Below are positions 56,230-64,000 of a DNA stretch of 64,000 bases, piece after piece. The notes beneath the pieces are model-generated. The model was not told where the DNA came from. It searched no databases and was given only the letters and a program-made list of their open reading frames with translations. Numbering within the stretch: position 1 is the stretch's first letter; each line of letters starts with the position of its first letter. Source of the DNA: a bacterium (lineage in GTDB: Bacteria > UBA8248); contig CBDCRP010000003.1 in the NCBI GenBank assembly GCA_965221165.1, positions 1,824,001 to 1,888,000 on the forward strand, in the 5' to 3' direction. The translations under genes and the position numbers were made by a program.

Positions 56230-56323
56230 TGGGGTCCCCTCTCGGGTTTCAACGGTTCGGTATTCTATCGATCGATGCGAAAATCTTAATGCGCAAACGG
56301 GTGCGGATCAACCGCCAGGAGAG

Positions 56324-57316
56324 CTAGCCCGGCGTATACTCGGGGCTTTCACTTTTGATTCGAAAGGCCTGGCGCCCGATACGCTGGATTTCGCCCTCTA
56401 TCAGGTCGCCCGGCTCCAGGTATTTCCCCCAAGAAGCGGCGTTGCCCGCAGGCGAGCCGGTGCCGATGATATCGCCCGTCCGCAGCGTGGCGATCCCGGA
56501 TAGATAGGATACCTGCTCGGCGACCCGCCAGACCATATCGCCCGTGGTGGCGTCTTGCCTGAGTTCTCCGTTCACCCAGAGCCTGAGCCTCAAATCGTGG
56601 GGATCCAGCCCTTCTTCGGGGAGCAGGATATAGGGGCCGATGGGAGCGAAGCCGTCCGGGGCCTTCATGGCGTACCAGTCGATGAACTTGCCCATGTTCA
56701 GGCTCGTGCGATCGCTCATGTCGTTGAACAGGGTGTAGCCGCCCACATGGTCCATGGCCCGTTCCACGGGAATGTTCTTGCCTCCCTGGCCGATGAGCAC
56801 GCCGAGTTCGAGTTCGTAGTCGAGCTTTTCCATCGAGGGATAGACGGGCACGTCCTCATTCGGGCCGCTCACGCATGTTGCGGGCTTCAAGAAACAATAG
56901 AGCGGGAGTTCCTCCTTGAAGTCATTCACCTCGATTCGCGCCATCTCGGCGGCATGGGCCACATAGTTCCTCGCCATACAAAACAGCGTGTCCGGAATGA
57001 CGGGAGGAAGAATCTCGACTTCTTCTGGTTCATAGACCACCTGCATCCCGTCGAAGCGAATCGGGTTTTTCCTGCGCCGGTGCTTCTTGAGGGCTTCGGT
57101 AGCTTCTTCCGCCAGGGGGCGGTTCATCTCCAGATCCTCGATGAATTCCTCACAATCCGCGGGCACTTCGGCTTCCGCCTGATCCATGGCCTCGGCCGCC
57201 GACTCATCATTCAGTGACAAGGCGTAGGCCATCTTGAGGTCGGCGATTTTCTCCCCGAACAAGACTCCTGTGCGCGCCTCGCCCCCCAGACTGAAAGTAC
57301 AGATTCTCATGACCAT
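56324..57316 (-). CDS. Fumarylacetoacetate hydrolase family protein
   Basis: RNYVAHAAE, FLKP, DYELELG, NDMSDR, APIGP, GTGSPAG. Confidence 0.9.
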   Translation of the reverse strand: MVMRICTFSLGGEARTGVLFGEKIADLKMAYALSLNDESAAEAMDQAEAEVPADCEEFIEDLEMNRPLAEEATEALKKHRRRKNPIRFDGMQVVYEPEEVEILPPVIPDTLFCMARNYVAHAAEMARIEVNDFKEELPLYCFLKPATCVSGPNEDVPVYPSMEKLDYELELGVLIGQGGKNIPVERAMDHVGGYTLFNDMSDRTSLNMGKFIDWYAMKAPDGFAPIGPYILLPEEGLDPHDLRLRLWVNGELRQDATTGDMVWRVAEQVSYLSGIATLRTGDIIGTGSPAGNAASWGKYLEPGDLIEGEIQRIGRQAFRIKSESPEYTPG

Positions 57317-57453
57317 GAGCCTCCGTATCTTAAATGCGCGATAAAGGGGAATCCTAGCACAGGGACGCAGGCGATGGCGCATTGCTCCTGAAAGCGGGAG
57401 CCTGTCGGGAGAACAAATAGCATGAAATTTCAAGACTCCCGCTTCAAATGCTT

Positions 57454-58269
57454 TTATTCCGCTCTTCGGTGTTTGGAGAGAAAATCAAGAATCAGGCGAC
57501 GCGCGGTATCGTCCCGCGAGAGGTTGTGCTTCCGGCCCTCGAACAGATGGAATTCCATCTTCACGCCCCGCTTTCGGGTCTTGCGCAGACATTGATCGGC
57601 GGGCCTGTTCCGCCGCCAGGGGTCGTCCTCCGAGTACAGCGCGAGCACGGGCGTCCCGCGTGGCGAGCGAACGCCGCGCCAGCATACGGAGCCTGCGATG
57701 ACGTGGGCGGCAAACTCATCCCCCTCATAGGCGGCGACCGCGGTGCCGCCCTGGCTATGTCCCACCAGGAACAGGTTTTTCCGGTCCACCCAAGGGATGC
57801 GCCGAACCCGATAAGCCGCGTGATGAATTTCCTCTTGCCGCATCCGGTTCACCCGCCTGTGAGGCGCTCCTTTTATGCCCCGGTGCCGGGAGGGATTGCA
57901 GGTCTCGGGCCGATAGCGGCGGGCGAAGCTGTCGGGAGCGATTACGGCGTATCCCGCCCGCGCGAGCACTCGCATGTAGCGCAAATTCCCGCGACCAAGC
58001 CCCGCGCAGCCGTGCGCGAAAACGACGGTGGCGCGTTTTTTCTTGAGTCCCGCAAGTTTTCCCTGAACGAATTTATCGCTCATCCTGCCTTCGATGAACG
58101 CATCGCCTATCCGAATCATGAAATAGGCGGAATCGAAGGTGCGTCTTGCTTCATCGTACAAATCGAGGGTTTTGGGGTTCAGTCTTTCGAGCGCTTCAGC
58201 GCCGAAGTGTCCATTTCCCCCAAAAAGAAGAAAACAAACCATCGCCAGGATGAAACCAGAATGCCGCAT
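57454..58269 (-). CDS. Secreted dienelactone hydrolase-like alpha/beta hydrolase
   Basis: Signal-like N-terminus, HGCAG, PDSFAR, GHSQG, D and H triad residues. Confidence 0.7.
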   Translation of the reverse strand: MRHSGFILAMVCFLLFGGNGHFGAEALERLNPKTLDLYDEARRTFDSAYFMIRIGDAFIEGRMSDKFVQGKLAGLKKKRATVVFAHGCAGLGRGNLRYMRVLARAGYAVIAPDSFARRYRPETCNPSRHRGIKGAPHRRVNRMRQEEIHHAAYRVRRIPWVDRKNLFLVGHSQGGTAVAAYEGDEFAAHVIAGSVCWRGVRSPRGTPVLALYSEDDPWRRNRPADQCLRKTRKRGVKMEFHLFEGRKHNLSRDDTARRLILDFLSKHRRAE

Positions 58270-58306
58270 TGCTGAAAAACCGCAGACTTCGCTCACTATG
58301 AACCCC

Positions 58307-59539
58307 CTAGACGACGCCCTCATCTTCGAGTTCCTTTAGCTCCGCATCCGACACTCCGAGCAGACCGCCGAGGATTTCCCCGTTGTGCTGGCCCACGAGC
58401 GGTGCGGGGGAGGCGTAGCCGCCTTTGATTTCACTGAACTTGAGAGGAAAACCCGGCGCCTTCGCGCTGGTGAGCGCTCCGAGCGTGGGGTGTTCGATAT
58501 CGACTATCATCCCGCGCTCTTGCATGTGGGGCCAGGAGAGGATGTCGTCGATATTGTTCACCGGCCCGCAGATGACGTCGTGCGCGCGCAGGGAGGAGAC
58601 CGCCTCTTTCGTCTCACGCCGCTTCGTCCAGTCGGTGATGAGGCCGTCGACCTCCTGGTGTTTGCTCACGCGCCGGCTCATGTCCTCGTATCGCTCATCG
58701 TTGATGAGTTCGGCACGCTCGATGCCGCGCAATATGTTGTGCCAGTGCGCGTTGGTTCCCGAGGCGATGATGACCCAGCCGTCTTTCGTCTCATAGGCGT
58801 TGAAGGGAGCGAGCCGCATGATGCGGTTGCCGATACGGGGTGGAAGCCCGAGCCGTTCGTAGCAATCCATCGGCTCATCGAAGATTAAGGAAAAGATGCA
58901 GTCGATCATCGAAATGTCGACCTGCTGGCCCTTGCCCGTCCGCTCGCGGTGAAAGAGCGCCGTCATGATGGCGCCGAAGGCGAACGTGCCGCCCACGCTG
59001 TCACCCAGGGCGGAACCCGCCTTGGTGGGCGGGCCGTCGGGAAATCCCGTCAGGTTCATCAGACCAGACGCAGCCTGGGAAACGGCGTCGTAGCCCTTGA
59101 GCCCCGCATCCGGCCCCGTCTGCCCGTAGCCCGTGATGGAGCAGTAGACCAGGGAAGGCTTGCGTGTATGAAGCGTCTCGTAGTCGATCTTGAGCCTTTT
59201 GGTGACGCCGACGGAGAAATTCTCCACTAGGATATCGGAGCGATCGACGAGTCCATAGAACATCTCGAGACCCCGGGGGTCCTTGATGTTGAGGGTAATC
59301 GCTTTTTTCGCGCGCGTGCGCTTCAGGTAGGCCATCCCTATGTCCTCATCCGTCTGGGGATGATAGGAGACGCCTTTTGCGCCGATATAGGGAGGGGAGT
59401 AGGCCACCGGATCGCCCGTGGCCGGATTATCGATGCGGATGACCTCGGCCCCCAGACCCGCCAGGAAAAGCGTGGCTTGGGGACCCGAGAGAAACTGTGT
59501 GAGATCCAGGACGCGAATGCCTTCGAGTGGCTTTGTCAT
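58307..59539 (-). CDS. CaiB/BaiF class III CoA-transferase
   Basis: PLEGIRVLDLTQFLSGP, ENF, SITGYGQTGP, GYD, APLVGQHN. Confidence 0.93.
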   Translation of the reverse strand: MTKPLEGIRVLDLTQFLSGPQATLFLAGLGAEVIRIDNPATGDPVAYSPPYIGAKGVSYHPQTDEDIGMAYLKRTRAKKAITLNIKDPRGLEMFYGLVDRSDILVENFSVGVTKRLKIDYETLHTRKPSLVYCSITGYGQTGPDAGLKGYDAVSQAASGLMNLTGFPDGPPTKAGSALGDSVGGTFAFGAIMTALFHRERTGKGQQVDISMIDCIFSLIFDEPMDCYERLGLPPRIGNRIMRLAPFNAYETKDGWVIIASGTNAHWHNILRGIERAELINDERYEDMSRRVSKHQEVDGLITDWTKRRETKEAVSSLRAHDVICGPVNNIDDILSWPHMQERGMIVDIEHPTLGALTSAKAPGFPLKFSEIKGGYASPAPLVGQHNGEILGGLLGVSDAELKELEDEGVV

Positions 59540-59551
59540 GAATAAACGGAA

Positions 59552-60094
59552 CTACCCGCCGAGGAGAACCTTCACCGCCTGGAGAGCAGCATCGCTCGCG
59601 CGCGCGGAGATTTCATCATCCGAAAGCGTGCTCAGGGGGTGTTGAATGACCACGGGGTCCAAGCCGTCCATGCCCAAGGCCGCCCTTTGCACGTGGGCCT
59701 CATGCAGAAAAACCTCCGTCACCACCACGGCGGTGGGCACGCCCTTTTGCTCCAGGGAGATCGCATCGTGCATACAGCACGAAGTGCAGGAGCCTCAGTC
59801 GCCAATCGCCGTCAGGACGACGTCGTTCTCCTCTGCGATTTGCGTGATCAGCTCGGGCGCCGCGTTCTTGGAAAAACTCTCTTTCTTATAGTAGTGCACT
59901 TCGGAAAAGGGGCCTTCCGCCTCCATCAGCGCCGTGGTCTTCTCGAGCAGCCTGCGCCCGTTCCACTTGGTGTTGTCCAGTATCCCGAGCTTTAAGCCCT
60001 TCAAATTCGGGACGCGCTGCGCGGTGGGTTGCGCCTCGGCCTCGACCACCCCACGGGGGTCGTAGACGATCTGGCCGGTGATGACGTCGCTCAT
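59552..60094 (-). CDS. UGSC-family selenoprotein; TGA at 59795-59797
   Basis: LDNTKWN...VVLTAIGD-TGA-GSCTSCCMHDAISLEQKGVPTA joins ORFs 59795..60094 and 59552..59773 in frame; hairpin at 59763-59787. Confidence 0.85.
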
Positions 60095-60120
60095 GGTTTC
60101 CTCCTATTCTCTCTCAAACT

Positions 60121-61215
60121 CTAAAGCAGACAGGTGCCGTCCACGCAGACGGGGCCGCCCTCGAGCGCCTTGCCGTCAATCGCCCGCAGCACCGGGTTCG
60201 TCATGTGGCCCCAGCCGGGAATGAAGGCGGAAAAACGGCCCGCATCCCCCCCCGCCACGAACAGGTGGATGTTCTCGGGACCCGGCACGATGGGGATTCT
60301 CTCGTCCGGCTCGCGCCTGTACCACCTGGGGATGTTGCGGTTATAGATTTTTCCGTAGCGGTGGTTGAACGAAATATCGGCGAACGTGTTTCTCGTGTGC
60401 ATCCACAAATAGCTCTTCACGTCGTTTCGCGTCCAGTTCTTGGCGCTTATGGTCGCCCCATGCTCGGGGCTGATGACGACGGCGCACGAACCGCTGCTCA
60501 CCGAATTGTTGTGCGCAATCGTGCTCATCGCCGAGCAAATGCTGTCGAGTATCCCCTCGGGATCGTCTGAGATATGGTTCGTCACGCTGTGGGGCGCCTC
60601 GGCCGCGATGGCGAAGACCGTGGAATCCTCGGGCGCGTAGCCTTGTTCCACGTGATAGGGCGCCCAGGGGCTCGCCTCTTCGTTCTCCGCGATGCAGTAG
60701 GTGTATTTCGTGGGACAGCCCAGCGTGCTCTTGTCGAGGTCGCCCGGCCACGCGCCGCCCACGTTCAGGAGCATCATCCGCACGGCGCGGCCTATCGTCG
60801 CGTTCGCGCGGTTGCCCGAGCCGAACACGTTGCAGCCCGCGTTCATGCCTATTTCGCCGCGAACCGGCCCGTTCACCACGATGAGCGGACACGCCATGTG
60901 GGTGGTGGCCTGCACGCCGTTCAGGTTGAAATGGGGGTCGCAAAGCGCGAGCATCGCCGCGCGGACGACGGGCGCGTATTCCGTCTTGCAACCCGCCATT
61001 ACCATGTTGATCGCCAGAACCTCTCTCGTGAGGTTGCCCCAGCGCGGGGGCACGCGGCACTCGATGAGGTCCTCCTCTCCCCCCAGGGCCGCGACGGCGG
61101 CGTCTATCTTCTCGGGCGTGGGCGGAACCACGGGAAGTCCGTCCGAGAAGCCCTGCTCGTAATAGTGCTCCACCAAATCGACTTCATGGTCTACTGTCCG
61201 GGTCGTCTGCGTCAT
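60121..61215 (-). CDS. Uncharacterised UGSC-associated protein with C-terminal CxxxxC tail
   Basis: SDGLPVVPPT, AINMVMAGC, NGVQATT, GNRANATIGRA, AENEE, ends GGPVCVDGTCLL. Confidence 0.8.
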   Translation of the reverse strand: MTQTTRTVDHEVDLVEHYYEQGFSDGLPVVPPTPEKIDAAVAALGGEEDLIECRVPPRWGNLTREVLAINMVMAGCKTEYAPVVRAAMLALCDPHFNLNGVQATTHMACPLIVVNGPVRGEIGMNAGCNVFGSGNRANATIGRAVRMMLLNVGGAWPGDLDKSTLGCPTKYTYCIAENEEASPWAPYHVEQGYAPEDSTVFAIAAEAPHSVTNHISDDPEGILDSICSAMSTIAHNNSVSSGSCAVVISPEHGATISAKNWTRNDVKSYLWMHTRNTFADISFNHRYGKIYNRNIPRWYRREPDERIPIVPGPENIHLFVAGGDAGRFSAFIPGWGHMTNPVLRAIDGKALEGGPVCVDGTCLL

Positions 61216-61336
61216 GCTGTATCACTCCTGCTCGTTCATCCCGTAAGAAATCCATCATAAACCGAATCCCGCAAAAGAAAAAGACGTAAGCTGGGGTGGG
61301 AGATGGAGTCAAAACGTTTTTAAAATCGCGTTTTCC

Positions 61337-62029
61337 CTAAGAGTCCGGAAAGAGCGTTTCCGCGTCTTTGAGCGCGCCTTCGGCCTGCTCGGGCGTCAGC
61401 CCCTTCACACCCGAAAGATCGACGCCCCGGATGTCGGCGAGTTCCATGTCGGCATCGTAGATGTGCGCACCCGTGAGCTTCGCTCCTGCGAGTTTCGCCC
61501 GCTGAAGCGAGGCTCCCCTTAGGTCGGCACCCGTAAGATCGGCATTCGTTAAATCCGCGAATTTCAAGGCCGCCGACATCATGTTCGCCCCGGCCATCCG
61601 GGCGCCGTTGAGATTCGCCCCCTCGAGGCTGGACTGGAACAGATCTGCCCCCTCGAGGCGGGCGTTCGATAGGTCCGCCTCGTCCAGGTTCGCCCACTGC
61701 GCGTTGGCGCGGGCGAGATGCGCTCCCTGCAAATTCGCCTTGGAGAGATTCACCATGAAAAAGCTGATGGCTTCAAGACGCGCGCCCGCGAAGTCGGCGC
61801 GTTCCCCGCGCGCGCCGGAACTCTGGAGCCATTTACTATGGGCTTCGATTTTTTCGGCGAAAAGGGCTTCCTGCTCCGCCTGGTCCGGCGCCATGGGCAG
61901 GCCGAAGCCGCCTCCCGACCGGGGCGCTCCACCTCCGGATGAAGGGTCGTTCTTTTTCGCGAACCAGCCGAAAATCTTCTTGAGGATGGCGCACCTCGCT
62001 TTCTGAGTCCCAGTGCCGTCCGGCTTCAT
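61337..62029 (-). CDS. Pentapeptide repeat protein
   Basis: Tandem A(D/N)LxG repeats; HSKWLQSSGARGERADF; start uncertain. Confidence 0.85.
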   Translation of the reverse strand: MKPDGTGTQKARCAILKKIFGWFAKKNDPSSGGGAPRSGGGFGLPMAPDQAEQEALFAEKIEAHSKWLQSSGARGERADFAGARLEAISFFMVNLSKANLQGAHLARANAQWANLDEADLSNARLEGADLFQSSLEGANLNGARMAGANMMSAALKFADLTNADLTGADLRGASLQRAKLAGAKLTGAHIYDADMELADIRGVDLSGVKGLTPEQAEGALKDAETLFPDS

Positions 62030-62164
62030 GACCAAAGGGGATGAAACCGATTTGTTCTTGCCTTAAGCCCAATCCTTTTGTCAAACCGGCGGCGAATTCG
62101 GTCGACCCTTGAAAGATCAGCCAGGCGGCTCATCCGCCCCAAATGCGGGGTGCGGTATGATTCC

Positions 62165-62968
62165 CTAACCCGGTGGCAGGGAGGCGAGGAACTCGTGGCA
62201 AATGCGGGCGAATAAATCTGCCCGCTCGATGAGAGCCACGTGGCCCGTGTCCTCCATGATGATGAGCTCGGAACCCTCGATGCGCTCATGGATCTCTTTT
62301 GCGTGATGGGGGTCGACGATCAAGTCGCGATCGGAACACGTGATGAGCGTGGGGACTTTTATCTGGTGAAGCCGCTCGAGGGTATCTCCCTCCAGACAGG
62401 CGCGCAGTTGTCCTTCCCAGCCGAGGTCGACTCCTGATTGTTCGGTGAGCCATCTCCTTTTCTGCTCCATCACGTCGGCGTTCGCATCGTAATATTCATG
62501 GGAATAAAGCCCCAGGAGGCTCAGTTCCACGAGCGCCTCGCGCTCGCCCCGTTCGGCGAGGCGCATGCGGGCGCGCTGAAAAGAACCCAGGCGCGCGCAG
62601 TTTCTCGCCCAGGTGTGGTGAAGACCCAGGCTCACGACGCGCCCGGGGTGACGCAGCGTGAGTTCGGTGGAAATGTGCCCACCCATGGAAAAACCCATCA
62701 CGTGGGCGCGCTCCACTCCCGCCGTATCGAGAACGCCCGCGGCGTCATCCGCCATGTCCGCGAGCGTATATCCCGGAGCGGGCGCCGTGCTTTTGCCCAC
62801 CCCCCGGTTGTCGAAGACGATGCAGCGGTAATCCCCGCTCAACAAGGGCAGTTGCGCCGACCAGAAAGTGTGGTCATGGCCCGTTCCGCTCACCAGCAGA
62901 AGGGGAGGGCCCTCTCCTTGGGTCTCGTAGAAAATCTCCAAGCCTGAGCGCAGCGTCACGAAGGGCAT
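62165..62968 (-). CDS. Alpha/beta hydrolase
   Basis: DNRGVGKS, GFSMGG, D, TGH. Confidence 0.9.
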   Translation of the reverse strand: MPFVTLRSGLEIFYETQGEGPPLLLVSGTGHDHTFWSAQLPLLSGDYRCIVFDNRGVGKSTAPAPGYTLADMADDAAGVLDTAGVERAHVMGFSMGGHISTELTLRHPGRVVSLGLHHTWARNCARLGSFQRARMRLAERGEREALVELSLLGLYSHEYYDANADVMEQKRRWLTEQSGVDLGWEGQLRACLEGDTLERLHQIKVPTLITCSDRDLIVDPHHAKEIHERIEGSELIIMEDTGHVALIERADLFARICHEFLASLPPG

Positions 62969-63010
62969 AGAAGCGTCCTCGAAAGAATACGGGGCAGTCG
63001 GCGCGCGCCC

Positions 63011-63697
63011 TCACATCTTCGGCTCATCCTCGGGTCCCCAGAAAAACGGATCGAGTAGCAAGCCTTCCCGGGGAATCTGCGCGACGGGCGTGAGCCCCTG
63101 TTTCAGCTTGAGCCGATGAATGGTCCGCAAGTGCACGAGCGCCTCCCAGTACATCTGCCGGATCATTCCCGCCAGAGTGTACGTGAATTTCGTCTCATCT
63201 TCCGCGTCTTGTGAGAGTCCCTCGTCGTGATAGGTGGAGACGTGCATCCAGAACCGATAGACGGGCAGATCCGTATCCCCCATCAGCAACTCCGGCTTGA
63301 ATGCGCGGGTGACGGCCAGCGCCTTCAGTTCATCCGCACTCTTTCCCTCGGCGGCGCGCTCGGCGAAGGCGAGCGCATCGTCGAATTTGGGGAGCAAATC
63401 CTCGAGCTTCCAGTATTTCTCCTCATCCAGCCTGCGGTCATATTGATTGGGAGCCGCTTTGGAGAAATCCACCGGGTCTTCGGGCGGGTTTTCCGGCCAG
63501 AGGGTTTTGCCCCACATCTTCACCCACCAGAAAAAATAGGCGAGCGCCACGTGGCTTATCTGCCGCCTGATGCTCCAGCGCGACCACTCCTCGGATGGGT
63601 CTTCCCAGTCGAGCTGGGCGTCGGTAAGCCCCTCCACTTCCTGGTGATACATCGCGCGCAACGCCTGAAAATCGGGAACTCCCTCGCTCACGCCCAT
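63011..63697 (-). CDS. DinB-like protein
   Basis: LTDAQLDW...WSIRRQISHVA...EALVHLRTI. Confidence 0.6.
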   Translation of the reverse strand: MGVSEGVPDFQALRAMYHQEVEGLTDAQLDWEDPSEEWSRWSIRRQISHVALAYFFWWVKMWGKTLWPENPPEDPVDFSKAAPNQYDRRLDEEKYWKLEDLLPKFDDALAFAERAAEGKSADELKALAVTRAFKPELLMGDTDLPVYRFWMHVSTYHDEGLSQDAEDETKFTYTLAGMIRQMYWEALVHLRTIHRLKLKQGLTPVAQIPREGLLLDPFFWGPEDEPKM

Positions 63698-63758
63698 CTC
63701 CTCCCGAATAGATGCTCCATCATCATGAAGCCGCCAAGCCGGATCAAATACATCCCGG

Positions 63759-64000
63759 TCATGAAATCCTCAAATCCTCCCCCGTCATCTCCGGCGGAAG
63801 GGAAATCCCCATCAAACCCAGCAGGGTGGGCGCCACGTCGCAAAGCGCGCCGCCTGATCTGAGCGGGCCCTCGAACTCGGGCGCCACGACGACGCAGGGC
63901 GTCTCGTTTAGCGTGTGCGCGGTATGGGGGCAATCGTTTTCCGCATCCCACATCGTCTCGCAATTACCGTGATCCGCCGTAACCACCGCCGCCCCGCCGG
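63759..64000 (-). CDS. gpmI: 2,3-bisphosphoglycerate-independent phosphoglycerate mutase, C-terminal part
   Basis: VTADHGNCE, PHTAHT.N, LCDVAPT.L.LMG, EMTG. Confidence 0.9.
   Translation of the reverse strand, partial: GGAAVVTADHGNCETMWDAENDCPHTAHTLNETPCVVVAPEFEGPLRSGGALCDVAPTLLGLMGISLPPEMTGEDLRIS

Noticed and set aside
61985-62000. ATC start for the pentapeptide protein after GAGGTG
   Set aside because: An in-frame ATG exists at 62029, so a non-canonical start is not required

Overview
GC-rich bacterial chromosome segment. The 16S sequence and gene content loosely suggest a Nitrospinota/Tectomicrobia-like or other deltaproteobacteria-related lineage; this is unverified. It holds a complete minus-strand rRNA operon (16S-Ile-Ala-23S-5S), tRNA-Ser(CGA), housekeeping genes (tadA, hflKC, rbsK, amtB, gpmI) and many catabolic enzymes (LigAB-like dioxygenase, hydantoinase/oxoprolinase, creatininase-like, cyclase, cupins, CoA-transferase, ABC transporter). 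The main hidden signal is four redox genes that the ORF track splits at an in-frame TGA sitting exactly in a Cys-type motif, each followed by a SECIS-like hairpin. These are two tandem peroxiredoxin-like proteins (UPYC), an AhpD/CMD-like protein (CNYU) paired with a Cys-less paralog, and a UGSC protein in an operon with an uncharacterised partner and a CoA-transferase. Other notable items: an unannotated ~180-nt rod-shaped RNA behind a promoter loaded with DnaA-box-like and NrdR-box-like motifs, an mrr gene bracketed by inverted REP-like repeats with an apparent ATA start, a decayed island next to tRNA-Ser, a dispersed phased A-tract element, and several frameshifts and gene remnants. All calls come from reading motifs by eye; no database searches or folding programs were run.
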